The notes beneath the pieces were generated by a model. It worked only from the letters and a program-made list of their open reading frames with translations, was not told where the DNA came from and searched no databases. Made by a program: the position numbers and the translations under genes. A stretch of 64,000 bases of DNA, from positions 1,922,001 to 1,986,000 of the forward strand of contig JAMWBK010000007.1 in the NCBI GenBank assembly GCA_029953675.1. The letters are read 5' to 3'. The number at the start of each line of letters is the position of its first letter. The first letter of the stretch is position 1. This document shows, in pieces, positions 36,010 through 48,652 of the stretch. Origin of the DNA: Rhodosorus marinus CCMP1338. Taxonomy: Eukaryota; Plantae; Rhodophyta.

Positions 36010-38660
36010 TCAACCTACAGAAAGTGGATGGGACGAAGAGACTTTCGCCATTGAGTACGCACGGAGACCAGCAACTGATAAAGCACGACTCCGAGCAGCG
36101 AATGACCACAGATACGCATGCATTCTCCGTCCCTTGCTTACCTCAAAATCGAACCTGTACGGTTTCGATCCTTTGGCGAAGAACGTGCGGAAAATGTGCT
36201 GATCACCGTCAGGAATTATTTCAACTGGCAATGACCAGCTCTTGATCTTCGCTCGAATTCGGAACACTGTTACACTGCAACCCGGCACGTCGACGCTTAT
36301 TGATAGCTTCCGTGTTTCGCCCCACTTGTTGTCCCTGTGGACTTTGAGGTTGACGTATTTTGGGGAGTCTTTTCCGATGTGCTGGGTGTCGTTCAAAACC
36401 AAAGTCGTACCACCCAGCACATTTGCAGCGGTGGGGAGGAAGAAATCGAACACAGAAGATCCTTCGTCCAAAGAACACAACCGCGTATGACGGTTAGCGT
36501 TCTCCGGGTGATATTAGCACTGGACTTGAGAGTTGCGGTTTGAAACTCCTGCTTACCAACTTTCCCGAACAGGTGCTCACCTGCGCTACTCTCCGTTATG
36601 AATCCATCCGTCGGCCAGATCGGCAAGTCCTCAGTTTGATAGCTGTCTGCTGGTGTCACAATGATTCTTGATCTCTCGCCTCCGTCGTCAAAGAGGCGTA
36701 CCTCATTGAGAACCATGCGCTTTGGATATTCTGAAGTATACGGCACGTCTTGTGCCACGGCCCATACCAGAGCAGACACGAATGCAAGTGTGAGAACTAC
36801 TGTCAATCCCTTCAAACTGCGCCGCCCTTTCAATGCTAAACATCCAATTGGTAAAGAGAAGTGCGCTGCAATTAGAAAGGACACAAGCCCTGCCATTATA
36901 GCATCCTCCTTCACGGTCACACCAGAGCGTCCAAACACGCCCGCGAATGTTTCCACTGAGGTTGCGCAAACTGGAAACCCGATGACAACTATCGGAACCA
37001 TGGTAATGAAGAACTTCATCTGCACCGAATAAGGTCCTCTAAGCTTCACTGTTCCCGAAAGAGCTCCAAGTGCGTAGCTCGCTGGCATGTACGACATTCG
37101 CAATCGAAAAGCAGCGAAAATCCCGCTGACCACCATGTACACCAAAGACAGTGCCTTTAAACCCGTGTCAAATGTATAACCATCCCGCGGAGTGACAATT
37201 CGCATTAGCCACACCGTCATCAGCATAGACGGAGCGGCGTAGAGTGGGAGGACCAGCCAGATACGGGCATACCAGGACAGCTTGGAGATAGAGCCTAACC
37301 CGAGCCCAAGAACGACTGCGGCCGCGATCGCAAGAATGAAACCGAGAAGCATGCCAAGGAAACATCGAAAAACAGCCGCCCGGTCGTTGCTGAAGCTTAG
37401 CACGCGCAGCAGCAGGACCCCAGCGACTGCATACATCGCGTTGGCAATTCTTTCGTCCAAAACAACCGTAAACAGCCGCAGAATATCGAACACAACCAGC
37501 TTCGGATTGGATAGATCAATATCCGAGTGGTCTTCTTCAAGCTCGGATGACATTGTCAATTCTGTGATCAGATCAAGGGTCGAATCCCCCATATCCTGGA
37601 GGAAACTACTCGTACATCGGCTTGAGGTGTCCCGTGCTGTGTGATAGACTGCCCCATGTCGGTAGTTTGCAAGATCATATCCAGGGACGTTTCCCATATC
37701 CGACCACATGATATAGTCCGTGTTGGAGGGCACTACCTTACGTTCGAAAACGTCCTGCGCACCAGAGAACACGAACGGATACTGGACTGCCCTCTGGTAG
37801 ATTCTGCCTAGCCAGTTATGACCGGGGGTCATCCTGAACAGGAGACTATTGCCCCCTGCCCCGGACGATTCCAAGTTGATAAACGCAGCAACTTTCTTCC
37901 ACCAAGGATGCGAAAGGAAAGCGTGCGCTGCTAGACAGTAGGGCTCTTCCGCACCGTTAAACAGGAAGATCGTCGGATGGGCGAGTTTTTCTTCGCGATG
38001 GATGATGTTCGATACAACTTCGAGCATCACGCCGACCATGCCACCAGCATCTGACCCACCAGGCGATCCAAGTGCCGAGTCGAAATGAGAATTGACCAAC
38101 GTGAATGGTCCTTCTGAGCAGTCACCTAAACCGCAGATCTTGAGGGCAATGTTCTCCACGTCGTGATACGCAAAGAGCGTGTGGGATCCGTAGAAGAACA
38201 AGTTGAAAGTTCCCGAAGTTCTCCATCGCTCGATCTCGATCTTGAAACCGTGTTCCTTGCCTAAATCTACTAGACGATTCATCTCCGACCAAACCCAGTC
38301 CGCAGTGACAACATTCTCCGGGGAAGCAAACGTTCTCTGGCCAATCTCATCAGACAGCTTTACGACTTTCTCCTTAGCTCTTACCGCTGAAAATCGATCC
38401 ATCGGTGCATTATCACTCACAACAAGCGGCCGGCGCTCATATCCAGCAAAGGCGAGCCCGCCAACGACCAGCAGAACGAGGATACATCCTAAGAACCATC
38501 CTTCCCCCTCAACAACCCGACTTTCCGGACGAGCGTCCGATCTCGATTCCTCACCGACCTGGGCAGCCGACTTCGCAGGTACCGAATTCGAAGCTTTCGA
38601 GTCCTCAGAAACACCAACAGAACGCTTTCTCAAACCCGTAGACTCTGTACTTTCCGACAT
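36010..38660 (-). CDS. ERMP1: M28 family ER membrane metallopeptidase, ERMP1/Pff1-like
   Basis: LVNSHFDS, PGGSDAGGMVGVMLE, FLFNGAEE, FINLESSGAGG, SNTDY, YHTARD; about eight transmembrane helices; one intron near 36460-36550. Confidence 0.9.
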
Positions 38661-39039
38661 TCTTATATCCCAGGAAACCCAGGTGCTGGTCGTGGACCAA
38701 AACAGGCTTGAACGGATCCGTTCCTCTCCACGACTCACGCCAAAACGAAAACTGCTTTGCTTGAAAATGCCTGTCACACTGATCAATCCTCCATTGAATC
38801 ACTAGGAGACACTTCAAAGCCTCAGATCCTAAAACCTAAAACATAACCAAAAACCGCCTACCCTTCTCCCAGAAACCCTGTATGCCTGGTTTCCGAGTAG
38901 TCTTTCTCAAGAAACCTATCTGGGCAAGATCAGATAGACAGATGCCAAAAGCAAAATGAGAAAACCAGCGACAGCTTGTCTCTTCTTCCTCAAAAAAGTT
39001 CACTGCCCCAGTTCGAGAGCTTCGTTCCGACGGCTTTCC

Positions 39040-40180
39040 ATCGCAAGCTCGATCATCCGAATCCGATCAGAGTTCGTTGCCTGACTACTAGTCAAACGGA
39101 AACCAAGAGTCAGATTGGCTGTCTAGGAATCATCTTGAAGACTCCCTTGAGCCTTTCACTTGCCACTTTGGAGTACTCTTTTCTTGAGAAATGAGACAAT
39201 GGATCTCTTCTTGTTTGTACTCTCGTTCAGACTTGCATGGCTTGGACACCCTGTGAAGATGCGGACCATAGAATCGTTTTGGAGCAGGCGGCACTGTCCC
39301 AGCTGTGAGACGCGTGAGGATCGGGCTTAGGGCTAGCATGATTGTGCTTCAGAAGAGGCAAAGAACTGTCACAATCAGAATTCAGATAAAGAGCTTCTGA
39401 TGACCCCCTTCTCCAGCTCGATCATTTAAATCCGATCAGACTTCTTTGCCTTACACCATCCAATCGGAATCCTTGAGCCTGATTGTTTCTCTAGGAATCG
39501 TCTCGAAGACAACTCTTGAGCCTGTCACTTGCCACTTTGACTAGCCTTTTTTCTTGAGATATGAGACAATGCTTCTCTTCTCGTTGTGTGTGCACTTGTT
39601 CTGACTTGCAAGGCTTGGACGACCTATGAAGATGTGATGTTTCAGACCGGCCGGAACTGTCCCAAAGTCGTGCTGGAACTAGCCCGAGTGGACGTGTTGG
39701 GACGCTGTCGATCGGGCCTAAAACTCGCATGATTTCGCTTCAGAGGAGAGTAAGAATTGTGTCATCCTCATTCGTTACTTTCTTTCTTACCGGGGATTTT
39801 CCGAAGAGATTCGGATGGCCTCCTTCCCCTTCCACTTTTTTTTTTTTGCGTCCACCACCCTCAATCGGAAACTAATAGTCAGAAGATTCTCTAGGAATCG
39901 TCTTGGAGACTCTTGAACCTGCCAGCTGCCACTGTTCGTACTTTGTCCCTGAGATATGAGACAATGGCTCTCTTCTAGTTTGTGCACTTGTTCTGACTTT
40001 GCAATCTTTGGACACCCTGTTGAAGATGTGTCCGATAGAAAGATTCGGACCACGTGGGACTGTCCCAAGCGTCGTGTTCCGCAGTAGGCCGGAGTCGATG
40101 TGTTGGGACGACGGGGAAACGGCTTGAGCCTGGCATGATTGCTCTTCAGAGGAGGCCATGAATTGCGTCAAGCTCATTGC
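39040..40180. repeat. Degenerate tandem triplication, 368-400-bp period
   Basis: CTAGGAATC(A/G)TCT at ~39123, 39491 and 39891, each followed by shared TGAGACAATG, GACTTGCA and GAAGATG blocks and by GCATGATT...CTTCAGA. Confidence 0.88.
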
Positions 40181-41785
40181 TTGCTTTGTTTCTTACGTTG
40201 GAATCTCTCAAAATCGCGAGCAAAATCAGATATTCAAGAGTCTCCCATTCCACCGCCAGATTTCAATCGTCGTGCTGGTTAGGGGTGATCTGACTAGTCT
40301 TGTCCATTGATGCTAAAACCGATCGCCTCTTCATGCATAATTTTAGCCAGCTAAGCAAATCCGAGAGGAGTTTCCGGACCTGGACCATCGACAGCGCCCA
40401 TGATAATGGCCCTCAGCGTCAAAACATCTCAGAAAAGCACTAGTAGAGGGAGCCATCACGACGCTCGCTCCCGGTTTCTCTTCGATAGCTCGTCGCGACG
40501 ACCAGATTGGAATTCGCATTCCGGAAAGTGCGGGAAGAGAGCTCCAACAATCTTCAAGGAAACAGTTCTGAGTATAAGCAAAGCATGCTTGAGGCAGGAC
40601 CAATCTCTGGTCAGCCAAAAAATTCGTCCGGTGACATAACCAAAAAAGAGTGACAAAGGAGAAGCCTGACGTTGGTCTGTACACTTGCCAATTGTCTAAA
40701 AGGCTCTGACCTAGAGAGAGTAGATCAGATCATCGCTTCCAGCTGGCTCCGATCGAAAATTCCAATCTGACATATCCGCCCGGAGGTGGAAAAACCATTG
40801 AAAGTTTTATTCCAAAACCCATTTTCTGTCCTATTTAAAGCCGTCATTGTCATCGTCGTCGGCAATGGCGGTGGGGGAGGGTGAGGGAGGCGATGAGGCT
40901 TTGCTCAGCGAACCTGATGCGATCTTATGAGATGTAGATAAAGACTTTGAAGGAATCTGGTCTATTGAAGAAGTGAAACTTTGAGTGAAGTTATGGGGAA
41001 AATGCGACTGGAGATTCGAATTTTTTGACGAGTCGACCTCTACTAAGATGACGCTCAGTCCAGTGCGAGTTATTGTTCGGCTGGGGTGAGAAGCTTATGA
41101 TCTTGAAGTCATGGACGTGTTCAACAAAACGGAGTTTTGCATGAAATTCGGTTGGTTACACGGGTACTGTCTGTCCCTCTTGCTGGATGAGCTTTGCTGT
41201 TGAAGACTCTTTCATCTGGGCTGATTTGAGATGAGATTTGCTCGCTTGGATGATTGTAAGAGGACAGCATATGTGACCCTTCATCATGGTAGGCCACGAA
41301 TTGCATTTCGAGTGTAGAAAGATAATTTATTTCTGGATGTGTACCCGTTGAGGATGAATTTCTAGCACAGACCTGATCTGCAGGAAAACGATTCGAAGAG
41401 TCGTTGTGCGGAGAAAACCTTAGAATTCTGCAATTCTGAAACGAACCCCAGCTCGCTTGAGTGATTTCAACTGCATCTTTACGATAACACCTGATTTACC
41501 CACTAATGCGTTTGCAAACCAAAGTGCTGATATCGAGAAGCTCTTTATCCTTGATTTCCGTGGCGTCAGGCAAGTGCACAGTTCTCTTCTGGAGCTGAAA
41601 AGGATCGACGAGATATATTTAATGTGTCATCTAGTTATTCAGGACTGGCGATTAGGAATCGACTGTCTGCCTCGAAACAACGAACTGAAAAGGAGCGTTT
41701 AGGCTGCTGTCGAGGGAACAAACTTAAGTTATTAGGCAAAAAATTCGAAAGACAGAAGTTTTTGGAGTTGTTTTGGAAGACTGCG

Positions 41786-43153
41786 TTAAACGTTGAAACG
41801 GAACAACATGACGTCTCCTTCTCTTACGACGTATTCTTTCCCCTCGCTCCTCATCAGTCCTTTCTCCTTGGCTGTCTTTTCAGAACCACAGTTCAGGAGA
41901 TCCTCATAACTGATGGTCTCGGCCCTAACAGTACATTACGGTCGGGAGCAGCTTGGTCAGTCTCTACTACGTAGAAAAACATACAAGCTTAAGATCATCG
42001 AACCATACCTGATGAATCCTCTCTGGAAGTCTGTATGAATGACTCCCGCCGCCTCGGGGGCGGTCATGCCTGAACGGATAGTCCAAGCACGCGTCTCCGA
42101 TGGACCGGAGGTGAAATATGTGCTGAGGTTGAGAAGCTCGTAGGAAGCTTTAATCAAGGCAGGGAGTCCGGTCGCATCGCCAGCGACACCCAGTTCTGCC
42201 AGGAACTCTTTTCGGCTTTCTTCATCGAGCTCGACAAGTTCCGATTCGACTTGAGCGGAGACGACTATCACTTCGGCGTCATTGGCCTTTGCAAACTCCC
42301 GCACTTCCTCAACCCACTGGTTCCCTTCTGCGAGGTCAGCATCCGCCACATTTGCCGCAAAAATGATCGGCTTTAATGTTAAAAGACCGAGGTGCTTCAC
42401 GTCAGCCAATTCCTCCTTCGACAAGTCTGCAGATCGGGCAGCTCCGCCGTTGTCGATTTCCTCTGCAATCTTTTCCAGGCCAGATATCTCCTCAGGCGTC
42501 CCCTCCTTGCCCTTTCCTTTGCCCTTGAGACGCGTTAGGCGCTTCTCGACCTGGCTAAGGTCAGCCAGGCCAAGCTCCAGATTAATGACCTCGATGTCTC
42601 GAACCGGGTCGACTGATCCGCTCACGTGAATGATGTTCTCATCATCAAAGCACCTGACGACGTGAACAATGGCGTCGCATTCTCTAATATTGGCAAGGAA
42701 TTTATTTCCAAGTCCTTCACCTTTTGAAGCCCCCGCGACCAGTCCAGCAATATCCACAAACTCCAAACTCGTCGGCACAACTTTGGCGGATTCGTTGATC
42801 TTCGCAAGCTCATCGAGCCTCCTATCGAGGACACTGACAACCCCAACATTCGGGTCAATCGTACAGAACGGGAAATTCGCCGCCTGAGCAGCAGCATTCT
42901 CCACTAGCGCATTGAACAAAGTAGATTTCCCAACATTGGGCAAACCAACGATCCCCGTCTGAAGCTTCATCGTCACCGCCGTAGTCCGAATCGCCCGCGC
43001 ACCGCTCCATACTCCAGTCTGTGCGCCTCCATTTGCCCAAGCGCTCCTTCCAGACCCAAAAATTCCTCTCCCAACGTTTCCTCTCCCACAAACGCTTCGA
43101 CAAGTCACCCGCCCAAGCCCAACACTACCACCCGGAACAACGAAACAGCTCAT
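41786..43153 (-). CDS. ychF: YchF/OLA1 Obg-family ATPase, plastid-targeted (2 exons)
   Basis: [48 protein letters not shown]. The last exon encodes AETISY...[18 protein letters not shown]. Confidence 0.95.
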
Positions 43154-45543
43154 CTTGAGAACACCCAAACAAAACCAAAAAAAACACAAAAAAACAACCC
43201 AACAAACACGAAATTTATCCCTAAACCAGTTGACTCTTCGAAAATCTACTTATACATCCACTAACACCTTCGTCCTCGTCACTGAAGCTCCCACACATAC
43301 ACACATCTCCTCCCCTTCCTCAAAAGAAGACTCATCAGAGTGTTACCAAATCGATTCGATCCAAATCGATCTCCCCGGTCGTGGTCGTGCAATCCCATCC
43401 CCAAGTTGACGACATCCGCCGACCGTAAAAAGATTCTAATTCTAAAACGTGTTTCTTAAATAAAGATCAATTAAGAATCCGAAAAAGGACTTATCATCAA
43501 ATATTAAGATACTGAATATCTAAATTTTCTTAATTTATTATTTTTATAATGTTTTTAAATAAATTATTTGACAATTGGTCTATATGTTGGCGATAAGTGA
43601 TCAAGAATTGGAATTGCGCTTTTCCATGATTTGAATCGGGGCGAGACAGGTTTGGGTTTTGAGGAGGTTCGGAGCGGGGCAGAGGAGCTTCAGAGGCTTT
43701 CTAGAGCTTTTGGTGGTAGGAATAGACCCTTGTCCTGAACTGAATGTTTTTCGTGATGTACTCAGTCAGCGGACAATCAGTTGGTTCTACTCTGGCCGCG
43801 AAGCCTCTGGTGGCCATCCTCGCACAACGAGCCCTGCTCCGACACCGAGCTGCTACCTGAAAAGCTTAGAGGCTTTCCTCGTCCACCCCCAAATATATTT
43901 TGGCGCACACCCATGAGGTTGTAAAGCTTCCTAAACCTTGACACGACTAGGCCCAGCTCCCCAAGTTGGGCTAAGCTTCTTTTCTAGCAAGTTTTAGTAG
44001 GCTTTCAATGAGCTCAGCTGGGAAAACTCGAGACGGGAAATGGATTCGTTTCGATGCCAACTTCCTTCAAATCCACGGCAGTAGCCAAACGAAGAGAGCC
44101 GGGGCGTCACGGTTCAGCATCCGCGATGCTGGCCAGCGACTTTGACGCCCGGTAAGTCAAGAGCGCGACGAACCTTGCGAATACGATTGAGCTTAGACAC
44201 TCTACGCCCTCTCCCTTTGGTTAGCCGCATGGAATAGAAAGGAAGCGGACCTCTGCAGATCCAAATTTGAGGGAGACCTAACAGACCTAAGGTTTTAACA
44301 GTAGGATAGCCCGGGCGTGTCTCGGGGTATAGACCCAGACACAACTCCTCCTCGTGCTAGAGGCACGCACCAAGCTGTCATATCAGTTGGTTCCATTCAT
44401 CTTCCAGTGCTTTGGCTGGGTTGATCGTGCAGGTTCTCGTTGGCTTAGTTCTCTCTGTCGTAGCGGCTCAGCGTCTCGATAGCATCCTCACTGAGCTGTC
44501 TTTGACTCTCTGGCGTTCAAACGCTGCTTTTTTGTCGGACTCGCGTCACAAGCGTCTTGTTTCTCGCTTTTCAGGGTACCTTCGTCTCTGAATAAACGGA
44601 TGATAATGACAAAGCTTACTACCAAAGTCCCTGCGCTGCGCTGGACTGGTCAAAAGCAAATATCAGTAATTTTGTTATATCTAGATTATATCTATATGGT
44701 ATCAAATTACTCCGGAATTTAGTAAACTCTGAAAACATTGTTTTTAGAGACAAAATTATATCATTTTTGGTATATTTTTGTAAAGAGATCTGGAGAGATA
44801 TCTATCTTTATTGGCCCGGATCGAGATTCCATTGTGAGGACTGCCGATCCAAGTAGTGAGTGCTGGCACTTTTTGTTAGGTTATAGTCAGTAGACTTGAG
44901 GTTTCTGACGGACCAATGATGGGACGAGCGATCTATGAACAGGTAGAACGGTCATTCATGTAGACGATGCAATGATCAGAAGTGGAAATTGGATGAGAAA
45001 AGGTGGTCAGAGGAGCTGAGCTCTTAAGATTGGTCTAGGTCATTGGCTTAAGAAAGCTGCAGTTGATGCAGTGTTTCGCATTTCCAGAGTGTAAGGACAG
45101 TTGGAAATGGAGTTGGTTGAACGTTAAATGGAAACCAGTCCAGCCAATCCCCTGCTCCGCGGGAAAACGTTCCTCCACTCGCTGGATTATTGATTTCGGA
45201 TTTCATTCCCTCCGGTGTGGATACAAGTAGAAATGCGTTCAAAGCAGCAGACCTGGCCCGGTAGTATTCACATTTCTACAGTTTTCACACTCCACATGCT
45301 CGCATTCAGCAGCAAATATAAAAGCTAGCCGCACGTCTGTGTCGAACGTGAACCAGTCATCAAGGACTGTCCTCACCTCTTGCTCGTTCACTGAACGTCC
45401 AGTTAAATTTGGATTTGGTCTCAATTAGGAGCGATTGGCTGGCGAGGGAGGTTGCGCTAGCGAAGGAGCAGGTCGGAGGAAGTGTTTGTGTCAATGGTTG
45501 GGGACAACTGGGCTGAAACTTTTTTCAACGGAAGAAAATACAG

Positions 45544-46773
45544 ATGGAGGCTACCCGAGACCAATCGGTTGTACTTGGGCCCGATATCATGCAGGAGATT
45601 TTTGCAAACCTGCCGGTGAGGTCGTACGGGAGAATGTCGCAGGTTTGCAAGGACTGGAATCGTGTGTTGAAGGAGTCGGATAGAATTTGGAGGCGTCGAT
45701 TTAGGGAAGATTTTGTGCAAGGTGCCCGCGGAGGACGTGAGAAGCTGCTACAAAACTGTTCGAGTGCGTTTATGAACTCGAGCCTCAAAATCCACGCCCG
45801 TGAGGCGTACATGCAGCAACTTGCGGCGAGAACAGTGACAGACCCGTTGGTGTTTGAGCTCGAGGGTCCGTCAGGGGGGATATGGGATGTTTGTCCAGTC
45901 GGAATAGATATGGCTGTGACCTGCACTGAAAAAGGATCAGTTCAGTCGTGGAACGTACAATACGATCAACTCCGACTTATGAATGAGCGACTCATAGTTC
46001 CATCCGGAGCCGCTCTGACAGATATTGTTGTCGACGAAAGCTTGTCTTATGCTGTTACCTGCGGTTTGGATTCCAACTTTTACCTGATAGACCTGCTGCA
46101 AAGAAAGGTTGTGAAGACATGCGATTCTGATCTTACGTTGAAGATGGCTCGCTCCGGAAATCTAGTAGTGACCAGTTCACCTGGCCCAACTGTTCGAATC
46201 TACAAGGGTCTCTTTGATCGAGACCCGAATGTGGAGCTGGAGACGATTCCTCTGGTAGGGCACACGGATTGGGTCCGCAGTGTCTGCGTCATCGAGAAGC
46301 GCGGTTCTGGAACTAGCCAGTTGAATCCGGGCTATGGCGGAGATCTGGCTCTATCCGGTGCGGATGATTACTACGTTGCGCTTTTTGACCTGGAAAGTGC
46401 GCAGCTGTTGGGTAGGATGTCAGCTCAGCCCTCGCAGGTTCACTCAGTCGCAGCTTCCTTTGACGGCGGAATAGGGGCGTCGGGAAACTCCACCGGGACA
46501 GTCGACCTTTGGGATCTTAAAAGCCACAACCAGGTGGGGGCTATGGAAAAGTCATCGGAGAACATTCACGCCCTCTCATTCTGCCCTGACGGGGTAACGC
46601 TCCTAGCAGGTTCGGACAGAGGGCTTAGCACATGGGATTTGAGAAACTTGAAGGAACTCAAACGCTTCGAGTCAGAGATAACTTCCGTCAGATTCTCGGA
46701 GGCTGGCGAACTACTGTTCGTTTGCTCTGGCAGACGACTGCTGTGTTCTCAGTTGGACAAGCTGGACTTTTGA
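45544..46773 (+). CDS. F-box/WD40-repeat protein
   Basis: F-box LGPDIMQEIFANLPVRSYGRMSQVCKDW, followed by WD repeats (GHTDWVRSV, GTVDLWD, LSTWD). Confidence 0.85.
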   Translation: MEATRDQSVVLGPDIMQEIFANLPVRSYGRMSQVCKDWNRVLKESDRIWRRRFREDFVQGARGGREKLLQNCSSAFMNSSLKIHAREAYMQQLAARTVTDPLVFELEGPSGGIWDVCPVGIDMAVTCTEKGSVQSWNVQYDQLRLMNERLIVPSGAALTDIVVDESLSYAVTCGLDSNFYLIDLLQRKVVKTCDSDLTLKMARSGNLVVTSSPGPTVRIYKGLFDRDPNVELETIPLVGHTDWVRSVCVIEKRGSGTSQLNPGYGGDLALSGADDYYVALFDLESAQLLGRMSAQPSQVHSVAASFDGGIGASGNSTGTVDLWDLKSHNQVGAMEKSSENIHALSFCPDGVTLLAGSDRGLSTWDLRNLKELKRFESEITSVRFSEAGELLFVCSGRRLLCSQLDKLDF

Positions 46774-47167
46774 TTGAACGACGTTGAGGACCTCCGCTCA
46801 AGCTCATGGATCAGATTCCGGCTATCCCGCCGGCTCACGATCCGGTCGTATTTCTATTTAAACGAAGAATTCTGAAATAAATACCTCGTACAAGCAATTC
46901 TTCGATCGTGGATCTGTCGACACTTGCGGTTACTTTTTGGAGCAAACCAGGAGCCCTCCACAAGCTTTGTGGGAAAACATGCTACCTACGCGGGTCCAGT
47001 TCCAAAAATAACTTGCAGGAGACTCTCTGTAGGCCAGGATCAAGCAGTATCGAGAGCCCCGCTCAGTACAACGGATTCCGAACACAGGCCACTACAACAA
47101 GCATAAATGCAAAGCTTTGACCATTGACCATGGTGACAAGAAACCCACCCAGACCTTACTAGCGACC

Positions 47168-47258
47168 AGCCCTGGACCAGCAGCGTTCGTACTGGGGAAG
47201 CACTAGCTCAGTAGCCCTTGACCAGCAGCGTTCGTACTGGGGAAGCACTAGCTCAGTA
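47168..47258. repeat. 45-bp near-perfect tandem duplication
   Basis: GACCAGCAGCGTTCGTACTGGGGAAGCACTAGCTCAGTA at 47175 and 47220. Confidence 0.9.
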
Positions 47259-48652
47259 TCGAGCGCTAAGTTTCGTGCTTTTGAAGGGTCGACATTCTTG
47301 AATACATTTCTTGATCTCAGGTTTTCAGTCCCACAACGAAGCGGTCGAGATTCTCAGAGTTGGAGTTGTGGTAGCTAACCCGGATCATCCAAAACGGCTC
47401 AAAACGAAAAGCGTACAAAACAACCGAAGAAAAGTATCCAGTGAATACCTTCGGGCGGCAGTACCGTATAGTTTTAGTACACCAGAACTTCAAGCATCTC
47501 GATGAGTCCGAGCGCGTAAACGATTCAGTACTAGTTAGGGCAAAACGCTTTACGTCTGTAGAACAACACATAAGCCTTTCCTTCCCCAAACACCCACTCC
47601 CCAAAAAAGACTAACAGCTGTCCTTAAAATATCTTAAAATGATTGATATTCAATCCAAAGTTGGATTGAATATCAATCAATATTTTCTTTTGAGGGGAAA
47701 AGTTTCGCCGTCGACTTTTTAGGGTTTTGAAATGTTTAAGGAGAGTTTCAATAGCGGAGATTGGGGATTGGGAATGCATCTCTTTAGGGAGATGTATTGA
47801 ACACTGCGGAGGGTTGATCATGTTGTGTTTTTGTTTTTGCTTTTGTTTTCAAAGATCTCTACTTCTCTGTTCAATTCAGAGCGAGGATTTCTGTGGTTTT
47901 GGGTGGTGATCTTCCCCCCTCCAATCCCCTTACCTCCACCCCTGCACCTCTCGCTGCACCGGTGCTAATTGGATTGTTGATGTCCGTTGTATGATCTGGT
48001 TCGGTTGAGAATTAGAGGAGGATCGACTGTTCCAACTTGTGGTTATCGTGTGTTTTGTTTTCTCTCGTTTCCCACTGGACTGGAGTCGATTTGCGTGCTT
48101 GCGCAGATAGATCTTTGCACGTAGATTGTTTGAGATGGGAAGAAAGGCGTAATCTCCACATCCAGATTGCCATAGAGCGCTCCCGCTGATCCCCACAGTT
48201 TTACTTCATGGTGTGTTTGATTTCCCAGCTGGGTTTTCCTTCTCCGTTTTGAGAGAAGTCGGAAGAGGACTGACGATACAATCTCTCCAGCTCTCCCTTC
48301 TAACAGAGAAGGGATCGAAAGTCCGTACCAAGGTGATCAACCTCGTACAAATATCAAAGCCGCTCTCAACTCTTAAGGTCTGAAACCTGCAGAATCCATA
48401 TCTTGAACGCCAAGGCATCAAAGACCCCCGTCCTCGTTTCCAAATTTACCTCGTGATGACTGCGGTGGCGGCTCTTTTCACGTTCGAGATGACTTTGCGA
48501 TGGATGGGGAGGGAGATAGCATGAGGAGCTTCAGAAGGTGAAGCCAGATTTCTAAAAGGCTTCTGGCTGATCAAGTGCTATTGTTGGATAATCCAAGACT
48601 TTGTATTGAAGACTAGGTTTCCAAACCACTTTAAATTTATATCTGAGAGGTC

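Noticed and set aside
44114-44344. ORF containing DLPGVK, similar to ribosomal protein S12
   Set aside because: Only 5-6 residues match. There is no KKPNSA or other S12 motif.
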